A stretch of 63,235 nt of DNA, the filler included, from Perkinsus olseni (lineage: Eukaryota): assembly GCA_013115125.1 (NCBI GenBank). It is 3 parts of 3 records of this genome, joined end to end, with 100 filler letters (N's around TTAATTAATTAA, not from the genome) between each part and the next. Parts side by side here need not be neighbours in the genome. Positions count along the whole stretch, not along the records: positions 1 to 21,069 come from JABANN010000562.1; 2 more parts are not named here. The stretch is one strand, 5' to 3'. This document shows positions 1-11,710 of the stretch, piece by piece. The notes beneath the pieces are model-generated. The model worked only from the letters and a program-made list of their open reading frames with translations, was not told where the DNA came from and did not search any database. A program made the position numbers and the translations under genes. How positions within the stretch are numbered: position 1 is the first letter of the stretch; every line of letters starts with the position of its first letter.

Positions 1-876
1 TATACCCGAAGACTTGGCCGCCAAGTCTTGGTGTAGCCCGGGGTAGGAGTTCGTAGTTCACCCTCCATTATAGAGCCTTCGTGTGTATGGCTCTCTCGCT
101 ACCGTGCGAGGCAAGGCGGGAGTACTAACAAGTCAGACAAGTCGAAAGAGTGTATGGTTACTAATGACTAACCAGCGCACAATTTTTTTGCTAGTTTGGT
201 CGGCTCAGAGCCCATCTGGCTTACACGGGAAAAGTGCCGCTTACACGCTCGAGGTCGCGGGTTCGATTCGACGGTACAACATCGCCCGTGAATAGAGACA
301 CTTTGTCGAGCTTTGCGGCCGACATGTACAGAGACCACCGTTCAATCTCTCCTGCTCCGGCACCGGTATATCCACTGTACCCACCCAAAGCATCGCTAAC
401 TCGACGCTCCCACCCTTGGCTGCAGAAAACCGGACCATTGAGCGACCATGTGTATCCCGGAGCAAACGACATCCTACACAGCGGTCATGGCTTGCGGTGC
501 AGCCATGACTACAGCCAATCGCGATTAGCCAAACCTCTCGCTCAATGGAACCTGCCCTCGGGCGGTAGAGGGTGGGAAAAAAATCGGACAATCTCAGACA
601 CAACTAACAGACGAGTGAATTAAATAGGTAACATCACCTCGACTCTCAGACCTAGTTAGTAATGTACGATGCAAACACATGCCGTATCGTCAACTCATCA
701 TCGACATCACCCAGCTGCCAGATCTTGCCCACTTGCAAATCCTCCGTCCCCTCGCGCCGATCTTGAACTCTTAAGCAAGGGTCCTTGCTTTTCCAAATGA
801 AGCGTCAAAACTTCTCGGTTAAGTTTCTTGAAACGAGAAGTTCATGAAGATCAGATTTTTGAAATAGGTTATGACC

Positions 877-1077
877 TTCTTGAAGCTTCTTACGCATTTA
901 AACGTGTGAAAACGAGGTTTTTACAGGAAGCCTTCCTTAATGAATGGCTCCTTTAAGAAGGGTTCTTGAACCTCAAGAAGTTGATGGTTTAAAGAATCCT
1001 TCTTAAGGTTCTTAAAGGAGGATTTTGAAAGCCGTTAAGGCAAAATTTGGCGGTTTCACGCGTAAGAAGCTCAAGAA
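877..1077. repeat. AT-rich foldback/MITE-like element with imperfect inverted repeats
   Basis: TTCTTGAAGCTTCTTACGC (877-895) is the near reverse complement of GCGTAAGAAGCTCAAGAA (1060-1077); ATTTTGAAA / TTCTT-AAG sub-repeats recur from about 770 to 1110; no ORF. Confidence 0.5.
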
Positions 1078-2349
1078 TGCTTCTTTAAAGAGAATTTTGA
1101 AATAGGCCCCTGAGCGCCGTACTCTCCAAACTTGCTCTCTCGCTTTTCAAGAAAGAACTCCTCTGAGTAATTTACACTTCCTCCTCGAAGGGCCTTCCTA
1201 CACGCAGTAGTCTGCACTCAGTGGAGCTGAGCCACAGGCCATGCCACAGACCCGCTCATGTCGAGTTGGCTCGACTAAAACTTAAAGGAAGGACAGCCAG
1301 AGACTCTGCTGGGCCTCCCTTCGTGACTTCCGCTCATCGGATGATTTCTCTAGTCAGTAGTAACGTGGCTAGAATGGCTGCGGCGCCTACCACATAACGG
1401 GAGAATTCGAGTGAGCCCCCATTTGGGAAAGGGTTTCAGTCATAGTCACCCGACGGAGGAGGCTCAAGGTCGCATGTCTGTGTCTGCGTGACTTGGAGCT
1501 GCCCGGGAAGGAAGTGTCCCAACCCCTTGCGGCCACAGCGTACCGGTACTGTCCGGACTGATTTACGTCTGCTTGATTCTGTTGCCAAAACCTAATTGAC
1601 CCCTTTGACCTGGGAGAGCGCTCTTGCCGCTTAGCCGCACGAGGCCACCCAACGCCAATACTGAAGCCGCTTAAGTAAAGACTCAACACAGTGGGGCTCC
1701 TGGTCGAGAGAAAGACGGAATTTATTATTATTCAGCGGATAAACGAGTAGTTTATCTAGGTTAAAACCGGTGCGGAGAGATGCTGTGTTATATTGTGTGC
1801 ACAGCGGGACACCTAGTGTCCCGACTGTGCCTCCCACGCTAGCAAGCTAGTATCCTGACTACCGGCTTGGGTTATCTGGTGCTTGCTCACGGCTCGGAAG
1901 TCGAGCGTCGTTCCCCTGACGCTCTCTCTCTTTTTTTAACCGAGGTCTTCGAGAGGCAACTTGTGCCTGCCGGACCGCGATCGCCTCTTGCAGCATCGCC
2001 TTCGGCCTCGGCACATTTTGCCTTCGCGTTTCCCTCGCTGCCGTCGTGAGGTCCTGTCGACCTTTCCGACGCTAGCTTGGTACCGCGCCTTGCCCCATCT
2101 CGGAGACGAGAGGTTTTAGAAGACTGACAAGTAGAATTGTTTGCGAGAAAGTCTTTTCCCGTGGAGTTCGAGCTCGGTCCCTGATTCTCTCAGGTGGTCA
2201 CTAGAGGTCAGCGCTCCCCAAAGACTGACCGTCCGGGACCGTCCGTCCCTAAGCTGCCGTCGCATGGGAGATGTCCTCAGTCGCAAGGGCCACTTAGCGA
2301 AATCTGTCCCTGAGTGTTCAGTGGGGGTCGTGTGAGATGAGCCCGCATC

Positions 2350-2500
2350 AACATTCTCCTGCCAACGCCTCCTTCCGCGATTCCATGCTCTCCAACCCCT
2401 CCAGATTCGGGGTCGTTCGGTGAACTACTTTGGGAACTAAAAGGTGATCCGCGATCACTACGATGAGTTTCTGAAGCCCACCATTGCGTATAATTGGCGT
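2350..2500 (-). mobile_element. Degenerate LTR-retrotransposon integrase fragment
   Basis: Minus strand reads (GL/)ETHRSDRGSPFSSQ-SSSPNDPESGGVGE, resembling the rve core motifs P..I.SD.GSQF.S and S.PY.PQSNG..E, with a frameshift and an internal deletion. Confidence 0.4.
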
Positions 2501-2682
2501 GAAGACAGCTGGCGGCGGCCTTTGTGATGAGAGACGTGGCGATTATACCATGTACAGCACGATGTATAAGGAAAGCTTCTATTGATAATCATTCTACCCA
2601 ACTTCTATGCTTGCCTCCAGCTCACGTCGATCCTTCTTTTCCAAGTCCCTGTGCTGTCAGCTCCGTAAATATTATCACTCGA

Positions 2683-4979
2683 ATGTCTAAGCGACCAGCT
2701 CAGGCCTGCCCTCCGGCTGCCAAGTCCGCCCGTCAGAGCGATCTGGTGTCGGAGATGATCCTCGACCGGCCCGCCATTCTCTACACCGGCGACGTGGCCC
2801 TTCCCAAGGATGCCGCAGTTTCGAGCGTCTTCGTTGTCGGACAGCCGGCAGCGATGAAGGCGTTTGTCGCAGCGGCCCCTGAGTTTCTCAAACAAGAGCT
2901 GAGCAATTTTGTTACTGCTCATGATGATGGTAATAGGAGTACTCTCGGGATGGCGTTGGATCTCGGAATCTTTTTCCAGCCTCGTCGGCCACGGTTTCCC
3001 GACCCTCCCAAATAGTGACCATGATCAAGCCAAGTGATTCGACCGGTGAAGATAAGCTCGTTAAACTCGTTCTCATCAACATCCCTACTGAAGCTTCGAG
3101 GCATAACAAGTAGTAGCTAGCGGAACTTGACTTGCCCAATTTTGACTTCATTCTCTCAGTCCGGCTCGCCCCGACGCTGTGGCCAAGGCTTTAGTGAAGT
3201 TCCCCGACTTCACCGCTCCTGGAAGTCGCGCCGTCCACGTTTTCGCACTCGGAAATACAGCCCGCGACGCAGCCGTCACGGGCATTTCCGTGGGCCGCGC
3301 AGCCTTCCGGTTCAACCTGAGCACTAAGCGAGGAGCGCCGTGCGAAATGCCGAGTCCGAAGATCACTGTGGGAGTATGGTCGGCGGAGTCGGGCTCTGCC
3401 AGTAAGGAGCTATGCAAAGCGCTTGGTGTGGTAGTGGACAAAATGAGAATGTCCGCGACTTTGACGGATATGCCCACCAACTTCCTCAACACTTCAACGT
3501 GAGCTCGTGGGAAACTCGGGCGAGCATGAGGCTGACTGTCACGACGGCAGGTACGTATCCTTCATGGAGCGTCTTGTTGGTGACTTGAAGGCGTTGGGCC
3601 GTGATGTGAAGATGAATGTCATCAAGGGCAACGAGCTGGAAGAGCAGGGGTTCGGGGGACTGTGGAATGTGGGGAAGGCTTGTACGAAGGGGAAATATTT
3701 GGAAATGTCGGCTGAATGGCGGTGTTCAGGCACGGCGAACCCTCCGGCGCTGGTGGTCCTCTCCTGGAACGCTTCCGATGTCAAGCCAGATAATAAGTCG
3801 ATCGTTTTGGTTGGTAAGGGTATCGTCTACGATACTGGTGGACTGGCCTTGAAGAGTCGGGAAGGCATGTCTATGATGAAGAGGGACATGGGAGGTACTG
3901 CAAGGGGTACTCCAACTCTACTGCCTTTGCATCCACTTGCCTGCCTCGGCTGCGTTTGCTAAGTCTATTTATGTGACCTTAACCCGACTAACTTCCCACA
4001 GGCGACGTGGCTTGGCAGGTTCTGCCGGCCTGTTGGGCGCTTTCGCTGCGATCGTCGAGTCTGACGTGAAGCTCGGCAAGCCGTTGTACTTCGTCGGATG
4101 CCTCGCCGAGAATTCGATCGGCCCCAACGCCTTCCGCATGGACGACATCATCACCATGTACTCGGGCCTTACCGTCGAGATCAACAACACCGACGCTGAG
4201 GGACGGCTGGTGATGGCCGATGGCGCTGCGTATGCGGCCAAGCATTTGAACCCAGAGTTCCTGATCGATATGGCCACCCTCACCGGCGCTAGTGGCATCG
4301 CTGCTGGTCACTTCCACGCAGCCATCATGGCCAACTCTGAGGAGGTCGAGAAGGCTGCCGTGGAAGCTGGCAGGAAGATCGGTGACATGGTGCACCCTCT
4401 CATCTTCTGTCCGGAGTTCCACCGAGCCGAGCTTCAAAGCGACATTGCTGATATGAAGAATTCGGTAAGCTCACGGGAGGCGACTCGATTATTTTCACAA
4501 ACGTAGCCACGATTTCACGGGGCCACAGATTTCACTCTCGTTGACATTAAACCTTTTGAAGTTCATCAATAAACTCTCCTTATTTAGAGGGTCATCTCAA
4601 AAAAGGTTATTTGCAGGACGGTTTGGTTCGCACGGTGCTCCGATGAGCGTGTGGCTCTTGAGGGCTTGTAGGTCTCGGTCGGTCTGTAGGTTGTGAAGAT
4701 GAGTTCTTCGCTGCTGGGGAGGCTTTTCCACTCATCGATTTCCGTCTTGGTTATCCCTCTTTTTTGCAGGTTAAGAATAGAACTAACGCTCAAGTGTCGT
4801 GCGCCGGTTGGTTCGTGTATGAGAACATGATGGCAGCGGCGGCCGAGACAGAAGATATCAAGTACCTCCACGTCGATATGGCGTTTCCCGTCGAGTTTAT
4901 GGACAACAAGGCCACCGGCTACGGCGTCTGTCTCATCAGTCAGCTTCTCGGCCTCTTCAACGACTGCCTGCCTCAGTAG
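2683..4979 (+). CDS. M17 leucyl aminopeptidase, NPEPL1-like (copy 1; multi-exon)
   Basis: Spliced ORF has [52 protein letters not shown] and HVDMA; GT-AG introns, the last at 4465-4769. Confidence 0.93.
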
Positions 4980-6247
4980 GCCTGATACGTACTTAATTAA
5001 AACGCTACTCGGCCCTACAGAGGGTCGAAGTAGCGACAACGTTTCTGCCCCTCCCCTTCCATCTCGGAATAAAGACACCACTGTGGCACTGCTGCCGTCG
5101 TCTTCCTCGTGAAACTCAACTGACTTCATTGTTACTATCATTCTGCGAAGCCGAGTTTCGAAAGTTATGGTATGGTTAAAGCGTTTAGTTGTTGTTCGTC
5201 TGCAGGAGAGGACACTCAGATGCCACCGGTCCTCAGGTACCTTCCAGGTTTTGTGACGAGTGCTTTCTTGTTAGCGATGAACGTTCACGATCCATGCTAG
5301 CTGGTCGACTGGAGTGAGTGGTAATCTTTATTAGGATTCGGTAAGGGTTCAAGTTCGCCTCCAGAATGATTCCGTACATACCACTTGGTTCGCACTGTGT
5401 CGAGGGAAGTGCAACAAGGGAAGGCAACTATGCCACGCGACGCTCGAGCGTAATTGCACGAGCAGTGAGATTGTATCTGAATGCTTCTTCAAATCTGAGG
5501 TGCTGCTGTTACTGCCAAGGCATAGTGTCCTCATTCCCAGCTGGTTGGGTTCTCTCTTTACCGACTGAAAAGCGCTGCTGCCAAGTGGCACAGTGGCCTC
5601 AGCGTCGCATGTATCTTTCTCGCCTCGCTGCATCTCTCGTCACAGCGCCGACTACCAGCGCTTGCTTGGCTCGGATCAATGTTCGATCATTTGTTTTGAA
5701 AAGAAAACCAGCGTGCCAATCGCAGGCATTTCGGCCAAGCTGTTACCATCATCACCGCGTCTCTCTCCCTCATGTCGGCCTCGGGCGCCCTTGAGAGGCT
5801 TAACTGAACGACTAACTGAACGCAAAAATGAACGATTACTATCTGGAAAAGCGCGAGCCCGTGTGGAGTGAAAAAGGGGCGTAGGAGGCTAAAGAAGCCT
5901 TGCGTGAAGAGGAAGAATAGTGGATAATATGGCTCTCAGGTCGGGCTTTTACACGGTGCCCGGACAGCTAGACATCCTATGAGACAGCGTTAATAATGAT
6001 CCAACAGTCTGTGTAACAATGGGGCACCACCCCGACACACGTCAGGAAAGGACAACGTGCCAGCGATGTGCTGAAAAAATGGATGTAGCTTCATAAGCCA
6101 TATAATACCTAGTCTCCCCCCAGCGGAGGCACATAAGCCGTCTGATCTGTCAGCAGGAGATTTGCTCGGACGGGCGAAAGTGGTACCCGGGGGAGAATTT
6201 ACCAACTGTACATAGTCTGATATCGGGTATGTCACAACGTGGAGGGC

Positions 6248-7054
6248 TTAGACCTTAGTGAGGGGCAGGCGGCCTCCTTCGAACTCCACGTAGATCGTCT
6301 TGTCAGTGGCGACGACTACTCTTGAGAGGTCGTCGGGAAGCACACGTTTGCCTGGGCAGACATACCTCACTTGGTCGAGGAATTGATCCAAGGTACCTCT
6401 CCCAGCTGACTCCACAACATGGTAAATGTATTGAAGACCACGATCGCGGCGAACGAGCTTGTGGCCGAAGCGGGAAGTGCTACGCCTCTTACACTCAACC
6501 AGTACACCACCAACCCTATCGACACGTATAGTGTAACTTATCCTGAGGTAAGGGGCCACAAACTCCTTGTACACGTATTCACCCGGCACCAAGTTGCGTC
6601 CAAGCCTGGAGAAGAGGATATCTTCGCCGCGGAAGTTGACGGAAAACTCATCCCCGCCCGTGTAGGTAAGAGTGGTTAGCGGCCGAGGCTGAGTGTCTTC
6701 GGGGGAGTATATCTCGTCAGACTCGAGCACTCCGGTGTTTACAAGGAAAGTCTCGAGCGCCTCGTGCCAATCATCACTGCCTGAGTCGGAACTCTCGAAG
6801 TCGACGGTGTAGGTGAAATCTTCGACCTTACGTAGAGGGTTAGGCCCGCGGTTGAAATAAGCTTCGAATGTTTTGTCACCCCTAGTTACCAAGACTGAGG
6901 GGACCACGACGGTCAATGTGGCTTCATGCTCCTCGTTCACAGCATAGAACATTTTGAAGAGGGACGTCTCATGGAGGAAGGTGCCAACATCTTGGGCCGT
7001 GCCTATGACCAGAGCTTGAGCTAACAGGGGCCAAGTCGGGACGAAGTTCATCAT
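6248..7054 (-). CDS. Intronless lineage-specific putative secreted protein (copy A)
   Basis: 268-aa ORF with hydrophobic signal-like N-terminus MNFVPTWPLLAQALVIGTAQ; clear paralogs at 10919 and 14037. Confidence 0.8.
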   Translation of the reverse strand: MMNFVPTWPLLAQALVIGTAQDVGTFLHETSLFKMFYAVNEEHEATLTVVVPSVLVTRGDKTFEAYFNRGPNPLRKVEDFTYTVDFESSDSGSDDWHEALETFLVNTGVLESDEIYSPEDTQPRPLTTLTYTGGDEFSVNFRGEDILFSRLGRNLVPGEYVYKEFVAPYLRISYTIRVDRVGGVLVECKRRSTSRFGHKLVRRDRGLQYIYHVVESAGRGTLDQFLDQVRYVCPGKRVLPDDLSRVVVATDKTIYVEFEGGRLPLTKV

Positions 7055-7899
7055 TGGGGTGGCGGGAGTGCCTTGGAGGAAGCTGAAGTGCAGGAATCAT
7101 TCGTCGAGGAGCCGAACATCGGAACGGTGTTGGAAATCTCAATTTGAGATTGGCCGATGCAATGTCGATGGCGGACAGACATCTCCAACACTATGAACGT
7201 CGAATCGGATCAGTGCGTAATTAACAGCCTGAGAAGGCCTGTGGAAGGAAATCGTGAACGCTTATGCATGACGCATGCACACGTAAGCTATGCTTAAACC
7301 ACCAGCGCGCGCCAAATACTGGCTACTTCTCACAGACTGAAAGGCATAGGGACCAGTATTATCCACAGTGGATCGCCGAACGGAGTCGATTCACACACAG
7401 CTGAGTCATGAAGCCATAACAGCTGAGAGGCCTCGCCAAAGAGGATCAAAAGAAGTCCAGAGACTGCAACCACAGGCTTGAAGCTTCGGCATCACGTCAC
7501 CACGGGACAGACTTGGCGCTCGCCATTCGTAATATACATCGTCGGGTTGTCGAACTCAATCTCTGCCGGCAGTTCTGATGGTATGCAACCATACTGTTGT
7601 TTCCCCCAGTAAATCTCAAGGTCGAGGATAGAACCAAAGCTTGAGAGTCTTGCTCTCACCGGTTTGTGTGCTCGCGGTGTGCCTTGCGTTGGATACTCCC
7701 AGGGAGAAACGGAGGCGGGCGGGGGTGCCCTTCGAGCGATTGTGGCTTCGCGATCCCCCGCTGATGACGTGGACGACTCGGCCGTCGCGAACTCTGTAAT
7801 CCCACGACCGCGGAGGTCATCCGCAGTTAGGCGTCCCCCCGGGGGAGGAACTATCACCGTAGCCATATTCCTCTGGAGTCCTCCAACCCCTTCCCTTCA

Positions 7900-9768
7900 A
7901 TGGACAGACAGCAGCTCGGTGAGTCCTCTGCCAAACGCCTGAGACGTTACGACCCGGTGGACCAGCTGCTGTTGAAGGAGTATGGTCAGCGGCTGGAATT
8001 CCTTGACCGGGAGGAAGCGCTGACTTTATCATCCTCGAGCACCATATTCGTGGTCGGCCAGATGCGCGCTCTCGCAGCGTTTGCAAGCGACCCAAAATGC
8101 GTCGTTGCCAAGGGGGTTATGCGGCAGATCAATGACTTCGTCCGAGCTGAAGCTGGTACGGGTGACGTCTGGAGCACCCTTTCGGTAGCTCTGCCATTCA
8201 GGCTCTCCTTCGAGGGCATCTCAGACGGTGGCGTTCGTTCGGGAGACTGATGGGCTGCGTAAAGTGGTGGTTGTGGGCGTGCCCGAGGAGGCCACTAGGA
8301 ACAATAAGTAGTGCCCTCAGCGAGACACGCACCTAGAGTAACGGAAGTGAACTATATCCCGCACAGTTCTGCCCGTCCCGATGCGGTCTCCAAGGCTCTG
8401 GTGAAGTTCCCACAGTTCACTGGTATGGATGATGAGCCGTTTGGTGTCTATGCTCTGGGCTATACGGCCGAGGATGCACTCGTGACGGCGATGGCGGTGG
8501 GCAGAGCCGCGCACAGATTGAATTTTAACTCTAAACGAGCGGTGAGAGTCGGGGACTCCTCCGAGTCGTTCGTCGTGGTATGGTCTGCGAAAGGCCGCCC
8601 GCCGCACCTCGGAAGACGCGGAAAGCTCGAATTGGTGGTGGAGAATATTAGGATGGCAGCATTGCTGACCGAGCTCCCGACCAACCAACTCAACACTACC
8701 ACGTAGTGACACGCTTACCCGTCGATGGAGCACAGTAGCCGCACAGACGGCGAAGGAGAAGCCGGTTCCTGTGAGGTACATCAAAGCTATCGAGGGCGTC
8801 GCAGGCCGTCTCCGCGATCGGCTTGGATCGGATATCGGTTTGGAGGTCATCAAGGGTCAAGAGTTGGAACGCCGGGGCTTCGGCGGGCTGTGGAACGTTG
8901 GGAAGGCTTGTGGGCAGCGGCACACCGCCTACGTTAGGACACGCTTTACGGTGTTCAGGCACGGCGAACCCTCCTGCGCTGGTGGTCCTCTCGTGGAACG
9001 CTTCCAATGCCAAGCCAGATGATAAGTCGATTGTCTTGGTTGGTAAGGGTATCGTGTACGATACTGGTGGACTGGCCTTGAAGACCAAGGATGGGATGAT
9101 GGGAATGAAGACCGACATGGGAGGTCAGCTTGTCCTTATGACCGCGGTGACGCACATCACGCTCAGGTTCGGCGGGGCTCCTCGGGGCGTTCGCTGCTCT
9201 GGTGGAAACAAAGGCGATCGTGAACAAGTCGCTGTACTTCATCGGCTGCCTTGCTGAGAACTCTATCGGGCCTGATTCGTATCGTCACGGTGATGTTATT
9301 GAGATGTATTCCGGCCTCACAGTGGAGATCAACAACACGGACTGTGAAGGGCGGCTGGTCTTGGCCGATGGGGTTGCGTATGCTGCTAAACACCTCAACC
9401 CAGAGCTTATCATTGACATGGCCACGCTGACCTATGCACAAGGCGTGGCTACCGGCCTGACTCATGGCGCCATTTTCAGCAATTGCGCGGATACTGAGAA
9501 AAAGGCTTTCGAGGCAGGCAGGAGGAGCGGTGACTTGGTCTTCCCAGTTCTGTTCTGCCCAGAAGTTCATAAACCGCAACAGCCCACGCCCGGCGCCGGC
9601 TGCTCCTGTGCTGGGTTGTTCATCTACGAGAACCTCATCGCGGCGGCTGGCGGTGACTCTGTTAAGTTCTTACATGTTGACATGGCGGCGGTTTGCTCCA
9701 ACCTCGAGGGACGGGCCTCTGGCTTCGGCGTTGCTCTTGTTTCCCAGTTATTAGGAGCCCTAGACTAG
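7900..9768 (+). CDS. M17 leucyl aminopeptidase, NPEPL1-like (copy 2; lacks a ~12-aa C-terminal segment)
   Basis: [34 protein letters not shown] and HVDMA; most intron positions shared with copy 1; the SDIADMKNS segment is absent. Confidence 0.88.
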
Positions 9769-10918
9769 TGTGGTCCACCAGCCTCAAATCGATGTCGTTT
9801 TATTGCCTAGGGCTTCGGGCTGGCTGCTGTGATGTCTGCCGCAGTTAATTTTTTCTCGCTGACCGCTGTAGTGTTACGGAGAGTATATGAGGGGCCTCCT
9901 CTGCGGGAGGGGACATTCCGGTGGGGAATGTTGCACGCGATAGCCCGCTGTGAGTCGCCGTGACCTATCCCACGCCGTATTCCTGGCTCGCCCAGTTGAT
10001 TGATAGTACTGTCGTAAATGTAGTGTCATTGTTGTATGGATCATTCGCGAGAGTAGTGAGAAGAGTGGTAGGAGACGAAGCCGTCAGTCTGAGATAGACT
10101 CGGATCGGAGTTCACAACACGGAGGCAGGCGGGCACGAGGCTCTTAGACACTGTTACGTATGCTGTCATGAGGACTGCCGTGCACACTAACGCGAGGCTG
10201 CATACTCTTCCAAACACGTTCGCAAGACTAATGAGATCTCTTACGTCGCTACAGCCCAATACCCTCTACCGGGCCTTTATCATTGGAAGCTCCTAATCGC
10301 TCTGTTACGTGCCGTCTTCGAGTCGTCAGCATGACGAAGCTTCGCTGAGTTTCGAAACCATGCCCCTCCCTGCTAGGGTGCCTGAGTGTGCGTCAGATCA
10401 TTCCAAGTTGCAGTGGCGATGGAATTTGCCCTGGGAATACTGAAGGGGCTGACAAGTATGGCATGATTGGTTCAATGACGCGCAACTCTTTCGTAACGCA
10501 AGAGTAGAACCACTGGAGCGAGAATGGACCGTTATGCGTAAAACCGGTGCACAAGGGCGGAAAAGCCTTCTTCGGGAACCGTGATTGATCCACGAACGAT
10601 AGAAGGCATCGAAAGCTAGGCCTGCTACACTCTATCAGAGGAGCTGGACCCCTATGATGCCAGATTAATAATAGTCTCATAGTCTATCTGATGAATCAGT
10701 ACCCGCAGCCTCCATAAGAGAGGCTATTTGCGGTCCATGCTCCATACAGAGATTCGATGGGGAAAGATATAGGCTATCAGGCACTTAGTCTCCGGCAGAG
10801 AAGAGTGGCCCGGAAGCTAAAAAATTGCCCGGAATAGCGGCCGATAGTACTCGGGCTAAAAGTAAACAACTGTCAACAGTCTATCACACGATGTCGGATG
10901 TTTCACGACACGGAGGGC

Positions 10919-11710
10919 TTAGACCTTGGTGAGAGCCAGCCGACCTCCTTCCACCTCCACATAAATCGTCCTGTCAGTGGCGGCGACTACTCGTGAGAAA
11001 TCGTCAAACAACACACGTTTGCCTGGGCAGACGTACCTCACTTGGTCACGGAATTGATCCAAAGTACCCCTCCCAGCTGACTCCACAGCATGGTGAAGGT
11101 ACTGAAGACCACGATCGCGACGATGAAGCATGTGGGCGAAGCGGGAAGTGCTACGCCTCCTACACTTGACCAGTACACCACCAGTTCCATTATCGAAAAT
11201 CTTATAACTTATCCTCATGCGGGGGGACACGGGCTCCTTGTACACGTATTCTCCCGGCACCAAATCACGTCCCACTCTTAAGAAGAGGAGCTCTTCGTCG
11301 CCGAGGTTAACGAAAAACTCATCCCCACTAGTGTAGGTAAGAGTGGCCAGATCACCCGGGTTGAAGGGGTCATCATGCTCGAGTACTCCGTTGTCTCGAA
11401 GAAAAGTCTCGATGGACTGGTCCCAATCATCACGTGATATCCCGGATTTCTTGAAGTCGATGGTGTAGGTGAAGCCCTCCTCTTTGCGTAGGGGGTACGG
11501 CCCGAAGGCCTGATCAACACTCGGTGGTATATCGCCTCTCCCATGTCGAGGTCTTGGCACTTCGACCGTCAACTTAACTTCTTTGTCCTCGTTCACATCG
11601 TAATACATATTGAAGAAAGACTCCTCGTAAGCAAACCTGCCAATATCTTGGGCCGTGCTAATGACCAGAGCTTGAGCGAACAGGAGCCAAGTCGAGACGA
11701 AGTTCATCAT
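10919..11710 (-). CDS. Intronless lineage-specific putative secreted protein (copy B)
   Basis: MMNFVSTWLLFAQALVISTAQ start; aligns over its full length with copy A, ending GGRLALTKV*. Confidence 0.8.
   Translation of the reverse strand: MMNFVSTWLLFAQALVISTAQDIGRFAYEESFFNMYYDVNEDKEVKLTVEVPRPRHGRGDIPPSVDQAFGPYPLRKEEGFTYTIDFKKSGISRDDWDQSIETFLRDNGVLEHDDPFNPGDLATLTYTSGDEFFVNLGDEELLFLRVGRDLVPGEYVYKEPVSPRMRISYKIFDNGTGGVLVKCRRRSTSRFAHMLHRRDRGLQYLHHAVESAGRGTLDQFRDQVRYVCPGKRVLFDDFSRVVAATDRTIYVEVEGGRLALTKV

Noticed and set aside
3676-3730. Apparent non-canonical GC splice donors (LAP1, ALG14, KYNU)
   Set aside because: Each case I checked resolves in frame with a nearby canonical GT donor
5349-5633. 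STSDLKKH resembling a BED zinc finger of a hAT transposase
   Set aside because: No CxxC pair or other transposase motif visible; too weak to call
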